Assembly: GCA_965205845.1 (NCBI GenBank)
Contig: CBDBIG010000003.1
Coordinates: forward strand, 110,040 to 174,039
Length of the DNA: 64,000 nt
Direction: 5' to 3'
Source: a bacterium
GTDB taxonomy: Bacteria; SAR324; JACQKK01
How positions within the stretch are numbered: the stretch's first letter is position 1; each line of letters begins with the position of its first letter. The notes beneath the pieces are model-generated. The model was not told the DNA's origin. It saw only the letters and a list, made by a program, of their open reading frames with translations, and did not search any database. The position numbers and the translations under genes are program-made. Below are positions 28,900 through 37,197 of the stretch, piece by piece.

Positions 28900-29505
28900 G
28901 GCAAGAAATTGCAATCTCGAGAAAAATTCGGCATACCTTGCAGGCAGCGATGTAGGCGTTGTGCTGGCCCATGGTAGGGGCAAGCACCCTACTTGGAAGG
29001 TTGTTAAATCCGCTTAGAAAAACGATCCGCCGTAAGCTTGGATGGACAACACTCTCAATTCAGATGCCCACATTTCCGGGGCAATGCTGGAAAGTGTATG
29101 GGAAAAATTTTTATGTTGCTGAACATCGCATTAAAAAGGCGGTTAAACACCTTCATGCTATAGGAGTTGATCAGATCTATCTTATAGGGCATAGCATGGG
29201 TGCGAGAATTTAGGCGTACTACGCATCACGGCACGCTGATATTGCTGGAGTGGTTGTGATAGGGTGTTGCAATAATGGTGGGGACCCCCTCGATTGCAAT
29301 CAATCAATCTCAAGGAGTAAGGTTCCTGTGCTTGATGTGTTTGGTTCTAGGAATGCTAAGGATGCACATGTGGCAGATGCTAGAAAGGTGTACGTTGGTA
29401 ACACATACCAGCAAATTGTAATCTAAGGGTGCTGGGCACACGTTTGACGATCACAAGGAGGAACTTGCCAGCGGGGGTGATCTCTTGGTTAAAAAACATC
29501 TCTAA
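28900..29505 (+). pseudogene. Alpha/beta-hydrolase, decayed (frameshifts and in-frame stops)
   Basis: Fragments lie in different frames: ..GVVLAHGRGKHPTW.. ; ..LRKTIRRKLGWTTLSIQMP...IYLIGHSMGARI*(TAG)AYYASRHADIAGVVVIG..VPVLDVFGS...QQIVI*(TAA) ; then GAGHTFDDHKEELA..LVKKHL*. The nucleophile elbow GHSMG and the C-terminal GAGH are recognisable. The left boundary is approximate. Confidence 0.65.
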
Positions 29506-29554
29506 AAAACAAAGATAACTAAGGGGGTTAAAAAACGCTCAAAAATTGCGTTGA

Positions 29555-30730
29555 ATGCCTCCCATTTTGATGCCCAAAAAATACGTAGCCCAAACTATGG
29601 CCCGGACTGTGGCAACGAAACCCCTAGAAGGTATTTTGGTGGTGGCTTTAGAGCAAGCCATTGCAGCCCCCCTTGCAACCCTACGCTTGGCTCAGGCAGG
29701 AGCACGGGTTGTTAAAATAGAACGCCCTGAGGGTGACTTTGCGCGCAGCTACGACCGCGGTGCTAAGGGTCAAAGTGCTTTTTTTTTATGGCTTAACCGT
29801 GGAAAACAGTCGTTGGTGCTCAACGTAAAAGCCAAAAGCGATGCAAGTTTGTTGATGCGCATGTTGATGAAGGCCGATGTGTTCGTGCAAAACCTTGCCC
29901 CCGGGGCCGCCGAGCGTCTAGGCCTTGGGGCAAAAGCGTTACTTGCCAAAAACCCGCGCTTGATTGTGTGTGATATTTCGGGGTATGGCAACCAGGAGCC
30001 AATGCGCCAAATGCGTGCTTATGACATGCTGGTACAGGCTGAAAGCGGCCTCGCTTCCGTAACGGGTTCCGCAGAAGAAGCAGGGCGGGTAGGGGTCTCC
30101 ATTTGCGATATTGGTGCGGGCATGAATGCCTACTCGGCCATTTTGGAAGCCCTTTTGTCTAGAGAACGCACGGGTCAAGGAAACGCACTTTCGATATCCC
30201 TTTTCCACAGTGCCATCGAATGGATGACCCCTGTGCTGGCCCACCAGGAAACCTACCAAAAAGCCCTACCACGTACGGGCCTGCGCCATCCGCTCATTTG
30301 CCCCTATGGGCGCTTTACCTGCCAAGATGGGTTGGAGATTTTGCTGGCCATTCAAAACCAACGCGAATGGGAGCGCTTTTGTGTGGGGGTAATTGAATGC
30401 CCTGAATGGGCAACGGATGCGCGTTATACCTCAAACCTTGAGCGCAACGCCAACCGCGATGCATTGGAAAAAGACCTGCAGGTTATTTGGTTGAAAACCC
30501 CCGCCAAGGAATGGCAAAGGCGCTTGCTGTCCCATAAAATTGCCTATGGGATGGTGAATACCCCTGCCAACCTCCTTGAGCATCCCGCCTTAAAACGGGT
30601 GATGGCCCACACAAAAGCGGGCCCCGTGTACATTCCCGCTTCACCTTTGCACGATGGGGCAGCAGAATCCCTTCGTGTGCCAAGCATTGATGAGCATGGC
30701 CTTGCCATACGCAGGGAGTTTAGCACCTAA
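29555..30730 (+). CDS. Family III CoA-transferase (CaiB/BaiF-like)
   Basis: N-terminal PLEGILVVALEQAIAAPLATLRLAQAGARVVKIERPEGDFAR is typical of the family. ~390 aa. An alternative ATG lies at 29597. Confidence 0.8.
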   Translation: MPPILMPKKYVAQTMARTVATKPLEGILVVALEQAIAAPLATLRLAQAGARVVKIERPEGDFARSYDRGAKGQSAFFLWLNRGKQSLVLNVKAKSDASLLMRMLMKADVFVQNLAPGAAERLGLGAKALLAKNPRLIVCDISGYGNQEPMRQMRAYDMLVQAESGLASVTGSAEEAGRVGVSICDIGAGMNAYSAILEALLSRERTGQGNALSISLFHSAIEWMTPVLAHQETYQKALPRTGLRHPLICPYGRFTCQDGLEILLAIQNQREWERFCVGVIECPEWATDARYTSNLERNANRDALEKDLQVIWLKTPAKEWQRRLLSHKIAYGMVNTPANLLEHPALKRVMAHTKAGPVYIPASPLHDGAAESLRVPSIDEHGLAIRREFST

Positions 30731-30815
30731 TAGCAAGCCTTAACAAAGAGATTCTTGCGCGATGTGCAATTGCGCGGCATGGGGCAGGCTTTCAATCACA
30801 GGCAGTAAACGTGCT

Positions 30816-31638
30816 TTATCTCCCAGCTAAGGTAATGTGCAAATGCTGGGGATGGTGGTCTTTTTGCAAAATGTCTTCAATTTTCTCCACACTCACCGCG
30901 TGTGCTTTTTGGGCGTAAGCCTCCTCGTCTTCCAAGTGAAAACCATAAAGTGCTGCTTGCATTTGCCACATCAAGCGCTTTTGCGGGGTGGAGTGCAAAA
31001 AGGGGTAGGCATTGATGAGGGTGCACTTGGCATGTTCTAACTCTTGAGAAAGTACGCCTTGCTCACACAAAGTCTGGTAAAGGCCAAGCATTAAAGGGAG
31101 CGTTTGCGCGGAGTGTTGTGTGCTAGGATAAGGTGTAAAAGCAAAATGCAGCAACGCGATTAAGCGGCGTGCTTTCGTGCACGGACCCCCACCAACAGCT
31201 TGCCCCATACGAAAAACCCTTCTCACCGCGCACAATGCGAAACAGACGCGAATTCATATCCCCGCTAAAAATATGGGCCATGATTTGATGGGTTATCCGC
31301 TGGGGATGGGTTTGGGGGGCTGAAAACCGCCCAAACATCTTCAAGCAGACCAATAATGGGGCGTTGATAGGGGTGATTTTGATACGCAGCTTGCATTAAA
31401 TCATTCCACAGCTGTTCAGAAGGTTGATCTGCCAGCATCCGCATCTCACCCAATACGGCCCCACGCTCCGCCTCCACTTGCGTTTCATTCAAGCGCAACT
31501 GCCCACCCGATACTGTAGGTGGCAAGCCACCACTGCCGCGGGTGGGTTTTGCACAAGCAACACTTCAAGGCGATTCTCCAAGCAAAAGTGCACAAACTTC
31601 AAAGGGCCAAATGCTTCACCTTCATCTAATACACGCAT
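30816..31638 (-). pseudogene. M16 (pitrilysin/insulinase-type) peptidase remnant
   Basis: Reading the minus strand from the ATG at 31638 gives MRVLDEGEAFGPLKFVHFCLENRLEVLLVQNPPAAVVACHLQYRVGSCA*, an M16 N-terminus that stops before the HxxEH zinc motif. Later fragments in other frames (..ERGAVLGEMRM...YQNHPYQRPIIG.. ; ..GDMNSRLFRIVRGEKGFSYGA.. ; a C-terminal domain) total far less than a ~420-aa enzyme. Confidence 0.65.
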
Positions 31639-31772
31639 GTTTGCATTGAACCTTCTTTAATCGTCCCTTTTCCATCACACCCAACGGCCATAACGCATAC
31701 GCAGCGGACACGTATTCATTGCTATTAGGTCCAAGCACGCGACCATTGTGCATACTTTTGGTACAAAAAGCA

Positions 31773-32297
31773 TTAAGAGGCAGGGTGCTCAACGAGCAAA
31801 CTTAAGCAAGTACTGGCCTTTGACGGTATGGCGATTCTTTTGGGCGAAGGGTTTAACTTAACCTCTAAGGTCTTATCGGCAGGCCAAGGCCCATGGGCAA
31901 AAGGTAAAGGGGTTTGTTGGCTGCGTGCCCGACGTTGCCTGGCTTTGTATTCCAAAAATTCTTGCGCCACCACTGCCCAAACTTGTTGCTCTTTGGTGTA
32001 CACAAAACTGCATACGCTGCCTCCCTTACCAACCCATGTCAACAATTCTTCAAATTGCCACGGGCTTTCTTTTAAACGCTGATTAAGCAAACATTTGTAG
32101 CGGAAACGAAAAAACGCCGTTGCAAAGATCTCACCTTGCCTCCCACGCAAAATTCGTGGTGGTGGCGCAAGGGTATGCAACCACTTTTTTTGATGCGCTG
32201 CAAGGTTCAAAAAACCTAAGTCACTGGCCGCCAATGCGGCAGGTGAAACCTCCAATAAAGTCGTGTTTGGCGGAACCGCATGATTAAATGACATCAT
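31773..32297 (-). CDS. Hypothetical protein (174 aa)
   Basis: ORF only; no motif recognised. Confidence 0.35.
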   Translation of the reverse strand: MMSFNHAVPPNTTLLEVSPAALAASDLGFLNLAAHQKKWLHTLAPPPRILRGRQGEIFATAFFRFRYKCLLNQRLKESPWQFEELLTWVGKGGSVCSFVYTKEQQVWAVVAQEFLEYKARQRRARSQQTPLPFAHGPWPADKTLEVKLNPSPKRIAIPSKASTCLSLLVEHPAS

Positions 32298-33077
32298 GTG
32301 TGGAACTCCTTATGGGTGAAATCGCATGGCAAAAGGTTTTTGGCTAAGAAGTCGTTCTTATTTTTACATCACACATACAACTTTAAACGAAGGTTTTTTT
32401 AAAGTCAAAATATTTTTTTTTGTTTTATGTTCACTCGAAACTTCAGCATCACTTAAGGCTTCCCACGGGGCTTTTGATTTGGTCGTTTTGAGTACGCAAA
32501 GATCGTTTTCCAGCCAACCTGGACTTATTCATTTCCCCATCCAATTTTGAACACCCCCTCTTTTGCACGCGCTTGATGACACAGAAGTGTTGCTGGCGTG
32601 ACATGAGATCGAGGATTTGCTGTCTGGAATTTACGGGTCCAAAACAGACCGTCCGAGTCATCCGCTTTTGACCTTATTTCAGGGCTTGTTGCTTGGGGTT
32701 TGATATCGCCTCTCGGATGTCGAGTTGGCTCAGTGTCTTTACCGCGATCTTCTTCGCAAATTCTGCCACCCGCCGCTTGCTTGTGAACTTACGGTAAAAG
32801 TACGTGGTAAAAGTTGCGCTATATAAGAGAATACAAGGCTCTAACTCAAATGGTTGTCGCCGTATTGCCGTCTTTGTAAACGGCAATCATGCAAGGCATT
32901 CTTTGGTGCTTTTAAGTTGTTTTTTAGGTTTTAAAAGATTGCGGTAAAAATGGAGTCCGCGTGACACATAGTGAAAAAACAACGTAAATTGATCGCGGAA
33001 CGCTGGAAGACCTTCGTCTTCCAGACAAAAATTGACGGTAAAACCCGTGAAATGCTCTCCATGCAATTGCTTCAATC

Positions 33078-33103
33078 AGCATGCTCCAACCCCAACCACG
33101 CCA
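33078..33103. repeat. 26-bp sequence, copy 2 (reverse complement of 24179-24204)
   Basis: AGCATGCTCCAACCCCAACCACGCCA is the exact reverse complement of copy 1. Confidence 0.95.
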
Positions 33104-33297
33104 CACGGAAAGCCCTCGTACGCAGCTTGCAGTACGCGCCTTTTACATCTACAATGGAGGTGGGTGGGGTTTGCCCGAAAACGGGCCGTCCCATGCAGGG
33201 GGATGACCCGTCGTGAACTGGGTCCAAAATTGAATGCTGTGGTGTTGCAATACCAAGGCGGGCAGTGCCCCTGCTAATCGTTCTTGGCGAGCATGGT

Positions 33298-33480
33298 TTA
33301 CACGAATGATTTCTTGGGAGGGGCTGCAGCAGTTTGCGCTTTTAATTGATCAAGATCTGTACTTAAGGCATCCAGTTTTTTTGTCATCCCCCGTAGAAGC
33401 CGTCTATATCGGTTCATTTGCTTTTCCTTGATGACAAGCTGTTCCTCTAAAGCAGATATTTTGCGTTGGTCCGCACGCAA
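33298..33480 (-). CDS. Small coiled-coil protein (hypothetical, phage-remnant associated)
   Basis: 60-aa ORF with a heptad-like charged sequence (ISALEEQLVIKEKQMNRYRRLLRGMTKKLDALSTDLDQLKAQ). Non-ATG start. Co-directional with the spike operon. Confidence 0.3.
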   Translation of the reverse strand: MRADQRKISALEEQLVIKEKQMNRYRRLLRGMTKKLDALSTDLDQLKAQTAAAPPKKSFV

Positions 33481-33534
33481 TAACGCGTGAATGTTTTCAT
33501 GCCGCTGTTACGCCTTTGACGGCAGTGGTGTTTT

Positions 33535-33717
33535 TTAAGAAAGCGTGCCCGTGCCGGGTCCTGCGGGTGTGCTCACGGTGACCGTGGCGGTTTGGATGTA
33601 GGCATCAACGGCATTGGCGAGTTCTTGGGCCACTTGTGCTTGGGTTTTTGTGCCCGTTTGCCCTGCTTCAAAAATGCGGGTGAGTTCACTAACCAACGCT
33701 GCTTTGTTCAAGGGCAT
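33535..33717 (-). CDS. Small hypothetical protein coupled to the spike gene
   Basis: 60-aa ORF. Its ATG lies 3 nt after the stop of the spike gene. Confidence 0.45.
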   Translation of the reverse strand: MPLNKAALVSELTRIFEAGQTGTKTQAQVAQELANAVDAYIQTATVTVSTPAGPGTGTLS

Positions 33718-33720
33718 GGT

Positions 33721-34653
33721 TTACTCCTTCAAGGTGGCCAGTTTGGTTTGGGTGGCAAGGTAGTCGGGGTTGTTGTTGGGCGGGGTTGTGGGACCAACGC
33801 CGGTTCCATGGGTTTCACTTTGTAAAGCGGTGAGAACGTCATGCAAGATTGTGATGAGTTCTGCTACGGGTGTCCCCGCTTTCAAGCGTCCTTGAGCAGT
33901 GATTTCAATGCTTGCCAGGGGTGTTTTTGTGGCAACGCTTTCGCCTGCAATGGTGTTGGCCGCCCTCCCTGCGAGCACAGTATGATCACCCCCCACAGCG
34001 TGCTCTGCGCTCCCTAGGGTTGCTTGACGCAGGTCGCCCCCCGTGCTTACGACCCTGCTTCCCAACACGCTGGCGCTGCTGCTGCCTGCCACTTTGAGGC
34101 TGGCATCGCCTTCAATGGTGAGGTCTGCTTTCCCTGTGGTTGTTTTAAGTACCTGGGTTTGGAGGGTTGCGCTGTGGGCGTCTAAAGAAATATTGGCGGG
34201 GCTGCAAAGGTCGACGCGGCCATCACTCCCAAAGCGCAGTTGTGCCCCTGATGTATGGGAAATGGCAATTTCCCCCGTTTTTAAGGCGGGAATGGGCGAA
34301 CTGGAGCCTGTGGCGTAAAGGGCTGTGATGTAGGGTGCATGGGGGTTCCCATTGGCAAAAGCGAGGATCACATGGGTTCCAAGGTCGGGCAGGGCATAAA
34401 AGCCTGTGCCGTTTCCAGCCCCTGGAACGGGCAAAGGGACGTCCTGCAAAACGGGGGCGTTTTTATCGGGCTGGCCTTTGGCATTGAGCAATTGGACATC
34501 GGCGGCATAGCGTGGCAAAAAGGCATCGCCTAAGGTTTCTTCCTGGGGCGGTTCAGGTATCCCAACCACGCGTCCGAGGCGTGGCGCATAGTGCTGTGGA
34601 AAACCAGGGAAGGCACGCCGCATCCACTTTTGAAAGGCCATGAGCGAAAACAT
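33721..34653 (-). CDS. Phage baseplate central spike (P2 gpV / Mu gp45 / VgrG-gp5-like)
   Basis: OB-fold-like N-terminus RLGRVVG...VLQDVPLPVPGAGNGTGFYALPDLGTHVILAFANGNPHAPYITALY fits the gpV pattern (G..G....P..G..V...F..G....P.I). A Gly/Ser/Thr/Ala-rich beta-helix-like repeat region follows. The ATG at 34653 sits 1 nt after the upstream stop (TAA-T-ATG). The track ORF extends to 34797, which is probably an artefact. Confidence 0.6.
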   Translation of the reverse strand: MFSLMAFQKWMRRAFPGFPQHYAPRLGRVVGIPEPPQEETLGDAFLPRYAADVQLLNAKGQPDKNAPVLQDVPLPVPGAGNGTGFYALPDLGTHVILAFANGNPHAPYITALYATGSSSPIPALKTGEIAISHTSGAQLRFGSDGRVDLCSPANISLDAHSATLQTQVLKTTTGKADLTIEGDASLKVAGSSSASVLGSRVVSTGGDLRQATLGSAEHAVGGDHTVLAGRAANTIAGESVATKTPLASIEITAQGRLKAGTPVAELITILHDVLTALQSETHGTGVGPTTPPNNNPDYLATQTKLATLKE

Positions 34654-34654
34654 A

Positions 34655-35368
34655 TTACCACTGCAACTCGGTGTGGGGTGGGAAGTGGAGCACGCGGACA
34701 ATGCGGCGCACGGTGCCGTTGAGCGCGAGGCGCATGCCTGGACGCCAATGAGGATTTGCAACCATGCGTAAGCGTCCGTCGGGCTGATGGCGCCCAATCA
34801 GTGCTCTGGGCACGCTTAAGGCCCTCCCATAAAAGGGGGTGTGCTGGCGTTGCCCCCAAAACACGCGCCCATCGGGGAGGGCCCACCAGCCGGCGTCCTC
34901 AATCCCCCATGCATGGCACATCGAATCCAATGCTTCGCGCCCGCTACCCAAAGAAACAAAGCGCGGGACACGCTGGGTAAGGTAGGGGGCTTTTTGAGGA
35001 AGGAGCAAGGGGAGCCCACACGCCCCTTCGACCTTGCGAAGGACATCGGCTGGGGTGGGGGCGTAGAGTGAAAGGTGCGCAGGCAAATCCAAGGCTGCAG
35101 CCGCACAACGCCCCGTGAACTGCGCCTCGTCGCCATCCAAGCGGAGCACATCGGCCAGCACGCCCATAAACACTTGTACCAAAGGCTCTTTTGTGTCTGC
35201 GAGGCCAAGGGCAATCCGCAAAGGGATCCCAAGGGTTGGCAAGGCTTTTTCCCTTCCCCAGTGGGTGCGCAGTTCTGCCAAGCCCACCGCGTGTTCACCG
35301 AGGGCTATTTGGGAAGTGTTTGCCTGGAATGCTTCCCCCGCAAGGGTGATCAAGGTTTCGATACGCAT
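34655..35368 (-). CDS. Putative baseplate hub-like protein (short; tentative)
   Basis: 237-aa ORF translationally coupled to the spike gene, in the position the hub (Mu gp44 / P2 gpD type) occupies in Mu-like baseplate modules. Shorter than those proteins. Assignment is by context only. Confidence 0.35.
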   Translation of the reverse strand: MRIETLITLAGEAFQANTSQIALGEHAVGLAELRTHWGREKALPTLGIPLRIALGLADTKEPLVQVFMGVLADVLRLDGDEAQFTGRCAAAALDLPAHLSLYAPTPADVLRKVEGACGLPLLLPQKAPYLTQRVPRFVSLGSGREALDSMCHAWGIEDAGWWALPDGRVFWGQRQHTPFYGRALSVPRALIGRHQPDGRLRMVANPHWRPGMRLALNGTVRRIVRVLHFPPHTELQW

Positions 35369-35378
35369 CTTTTAAGGG

Positions 35379-35813
35379 TTACTCTTTCCCATCTTGTCCA
35401 AAGATGAATGTTAATGTTTTGGCTGCGTAATGCTCGAGATCTTCAAGGAATGGGGACAAGGGTACGTTTTCCTGTGCATCTGCCTTTTGCCCAGCAGGTG
35501 TGGTCGCACCCGCGGAGGTGTTGCCAGGGGAGGTCTGTTTTGCAACGGGGGGCGGTTTAGAGCGTTCTTCAGAAGTTGCGGGCACTCCGCCCCCCGCAAT
35601 GAATTGGGCGTTTACTTCCCATGCATGCAGGTTTTGAGCTTGGACAATCCCAAGTTCCCCAAAAAAACGCACCTCGTGAACGGCCATGTTTTGGGTGAGG
35701 GGGTGAAAGATTTGATAAGACACGGGGGTCTTGCCCTTGCTTGCTATGGAACGCTGATGTAAACGGCGTAAAAAGCCGAGGGCCTCCTCACCTGTACGGG
35801 TTTTTTCTTCCAA
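35379..35813 (-). CDS. Hypothetical protein, first gene of the phage-like operon
   Basis: 144-aa ORF ending 10 nt before the hub-like gene. Low-complexity Pro/Thr/Ala middle region. Confidence 0.4.
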   Translation of the reverse strand: MEEKTRTGEEALGFLRRLHQRSIASKGKTPVSYQIFHPLTQNMAVHEVRFFGELGIVQAQNLHAWEVNAQFIAGGGVPATSEERSKPPPVAKQTSPGNTSAGATTPAGQKADAQENVPLSPFLEDLEHYAAKTLTFIFGQDGKE

Positions 35814-36048
35814 GGGGATTGGTTCACGCCTGGATGATAGGAACGGGGACTGTTGGGATGCGCAAGGGCTGGGGCAGGCTTGTCATAGTCTTGGGAAAAC
35901 CATAGGGGGGGGCTTCTTGCTTTTATTTTACAAGCAAAAGCGCGGAGGGGGCGTGTGCTCTTGCGCCGCCCAAAGGTAGCCCCACTAAGCGCGTTTGGTT
36001 TAGCGACTTGATCTGCGTGGATTATGTGGCGGCAAAGCCCGCAAATCA

Positions 36049-37197
36049 TCATGATCCATGCTTTTTACCAATGGCTTTAAGCAAAGGGGGTAGCACCTTA
36101 TACAAATCCCCCACAATACCCAAGTGTGCCGCTGAAAAAATAGGGGCTTCTGGATCTTGGTTGATGGCAATGAGGTGTTTTACATTGCGCAAGCCCACCA
36201 TATGATAAGGTGCCCCTGAAATTCCAATGGCCACATACAGTTGTGGACTCACGACAGCCCCCGTTAAACCCACTTGACGCTCAAAGGGCAACCAGCCTTC
36301 ATCGGCAGCAGGGCGCGTACATGCCACCACAGCACCCAGTGCTGTTGCCAAGCACTCAATCAGGGCAATGGCTTTGGCGTGAAACGCTCCACGACCAAAA
36401 GCCACAATCCGCTCTGCATCCACAAGGGCCATTTTTTTAGGGTCTGGCGGGCTCCACGCAGAGGCATTTGGCAAAGATTCTACCTCAAACGCCGCGGCTT
36501 TTTGCCGCGCAGAATTGTTTGGCTGAGGTGCTTGCAATTCTCCAAAAGGAACTATCTGGAGTGTTGGCTTGGTATGTTTGGCATAAGGTGGTTCACCCTC
36601 GCCCACGGCATTGGCTAAAATGGAAACCACCAGTGGCGTTTGGCTCAAGGCTTCCACTTTGGTCTCCAACCCCCCCCCCCACAATGGGCGCACTGCCTGT
36701 AAACGATGTGAAGGCGGCCCTTGAACTTGCACCGCATTGCTGACACATACACCACCGAGCATGGCAGCAAAAAGGGGGGCACTGGCACGTCCAAATGAGT
36801 CGGCCAAAAGCAACAGCGAACAAGGCTTGGCGGCAACGGGTAAATTGGCTATTTGAGCAAACAACCCCTGGCGCACCGTGGTAAACGCGCACGGCATGGC
36901 TGCGTGTTTCAGGTTGGCGGTCGATTTTGACAGTAGCGTATAAACCTTGCCCACTCCCCAGCGTGCCAGCCATTCGCATTCATTGGGATTGGGTGCTGTT
37001 AAAGCAAGCCCTGCTAGGGTTGTTTGTAAACCGGTTGCCAATTGGTGGGCTTCATACAGCACTTCTTCCATTGCAGGGGAAAATAAGCCTTCGTGGTTAC
37101 GCCCCAGCCACACCCAGACCTCACCCTTTGTGTTTAAAGAGGGCACACATGGTTTGTGGAGGGTGTTTGAGGTTGGCATGGGGCTGTCTATTTCCAT
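36049..37197 (-). CDS. Electron-transfer flavoprotein alpha-subunit (EtfA/FixB)-like protein
   Basis: The C-terminal FAD-domain signature PQLYVAIGISGAPYHMVGLRNVKHLIAINQDPEAPIF is close to the ETF-alpha consensus. The track ORF (to 37494) overlaps the FadH-like gene. ATG starts at 37197 or 37179 flank the FadH-like stop (37188-37190). Confidence 0.75.
   Translation of the reverse strand: MEIDSPMPTSNTLHKPCVPSLNTKGEVWVWLGRNHEGLFSPAMEEVLYEAHQLATGLQTTLAGLALTAPNPNECEWLARWGVGKVYTLLSKSTANLKHAAMPCAFTTVRQGLFAQIANLPVAAKPCSLLLLADSFGRASAPLFAAMLGGVCVSNAVQVQGPPSHRLQAVRPLWGGGLETKVEALSQTPLVVSILANAVGEGEPPYAKHTKPTLQIVPFGELQAPQPNNSARQKAAAFEVESLPNASAWSPPDPKKMALVDAERIVAFGRGAFHAKAIALIECLATALGAVVACTRPAADEGWLPFERQVGLTGAVVSPQLYVAIGISGAPYHMVGLRNVKHLIAINQDPEAPIFSAAHLGIVGDLYKVLPPLLKAIGKKHGS

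Noticed and set aside
28406-29017. 203-aa ORF as an intact gene
   Set aside because: Only its last ~30 residues resemble an alpha/beta-hydrolase. The rest is Cys-rich and implausible. It is absorbed into the pseudogene call.
32326-33280. String of small AT-rich ORFs on both strands (32449..32661, 32674..32886, 32887..33075, 32971..33216), considered as a degraded mobile-element, toxin-antitoxin or reverse-transcriptase gene
   Set aside because: No catalytic or family motif is recognisable, and the frames are interrupted. The stretch is noted only as an AT-rich, probably decayed junction next to the phage-like block.
33721-34797. 358-aa version of the spike ORF
   Set aside because: Its first 48 codons overlap the end of the upstream hub-like gene. 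The ATG at 34653 gives classic stop-start coupling.
34530-35407. Alternative-frame ORFs in the GC-rich phage-like block (34816..35298, 34530..34886, 35075..35407 and others)
   Set aside because: High GC generates long spurious frames. They are Arg/Pro/Gly-rich and overlap the tightly coupled hub and spike reading frames.
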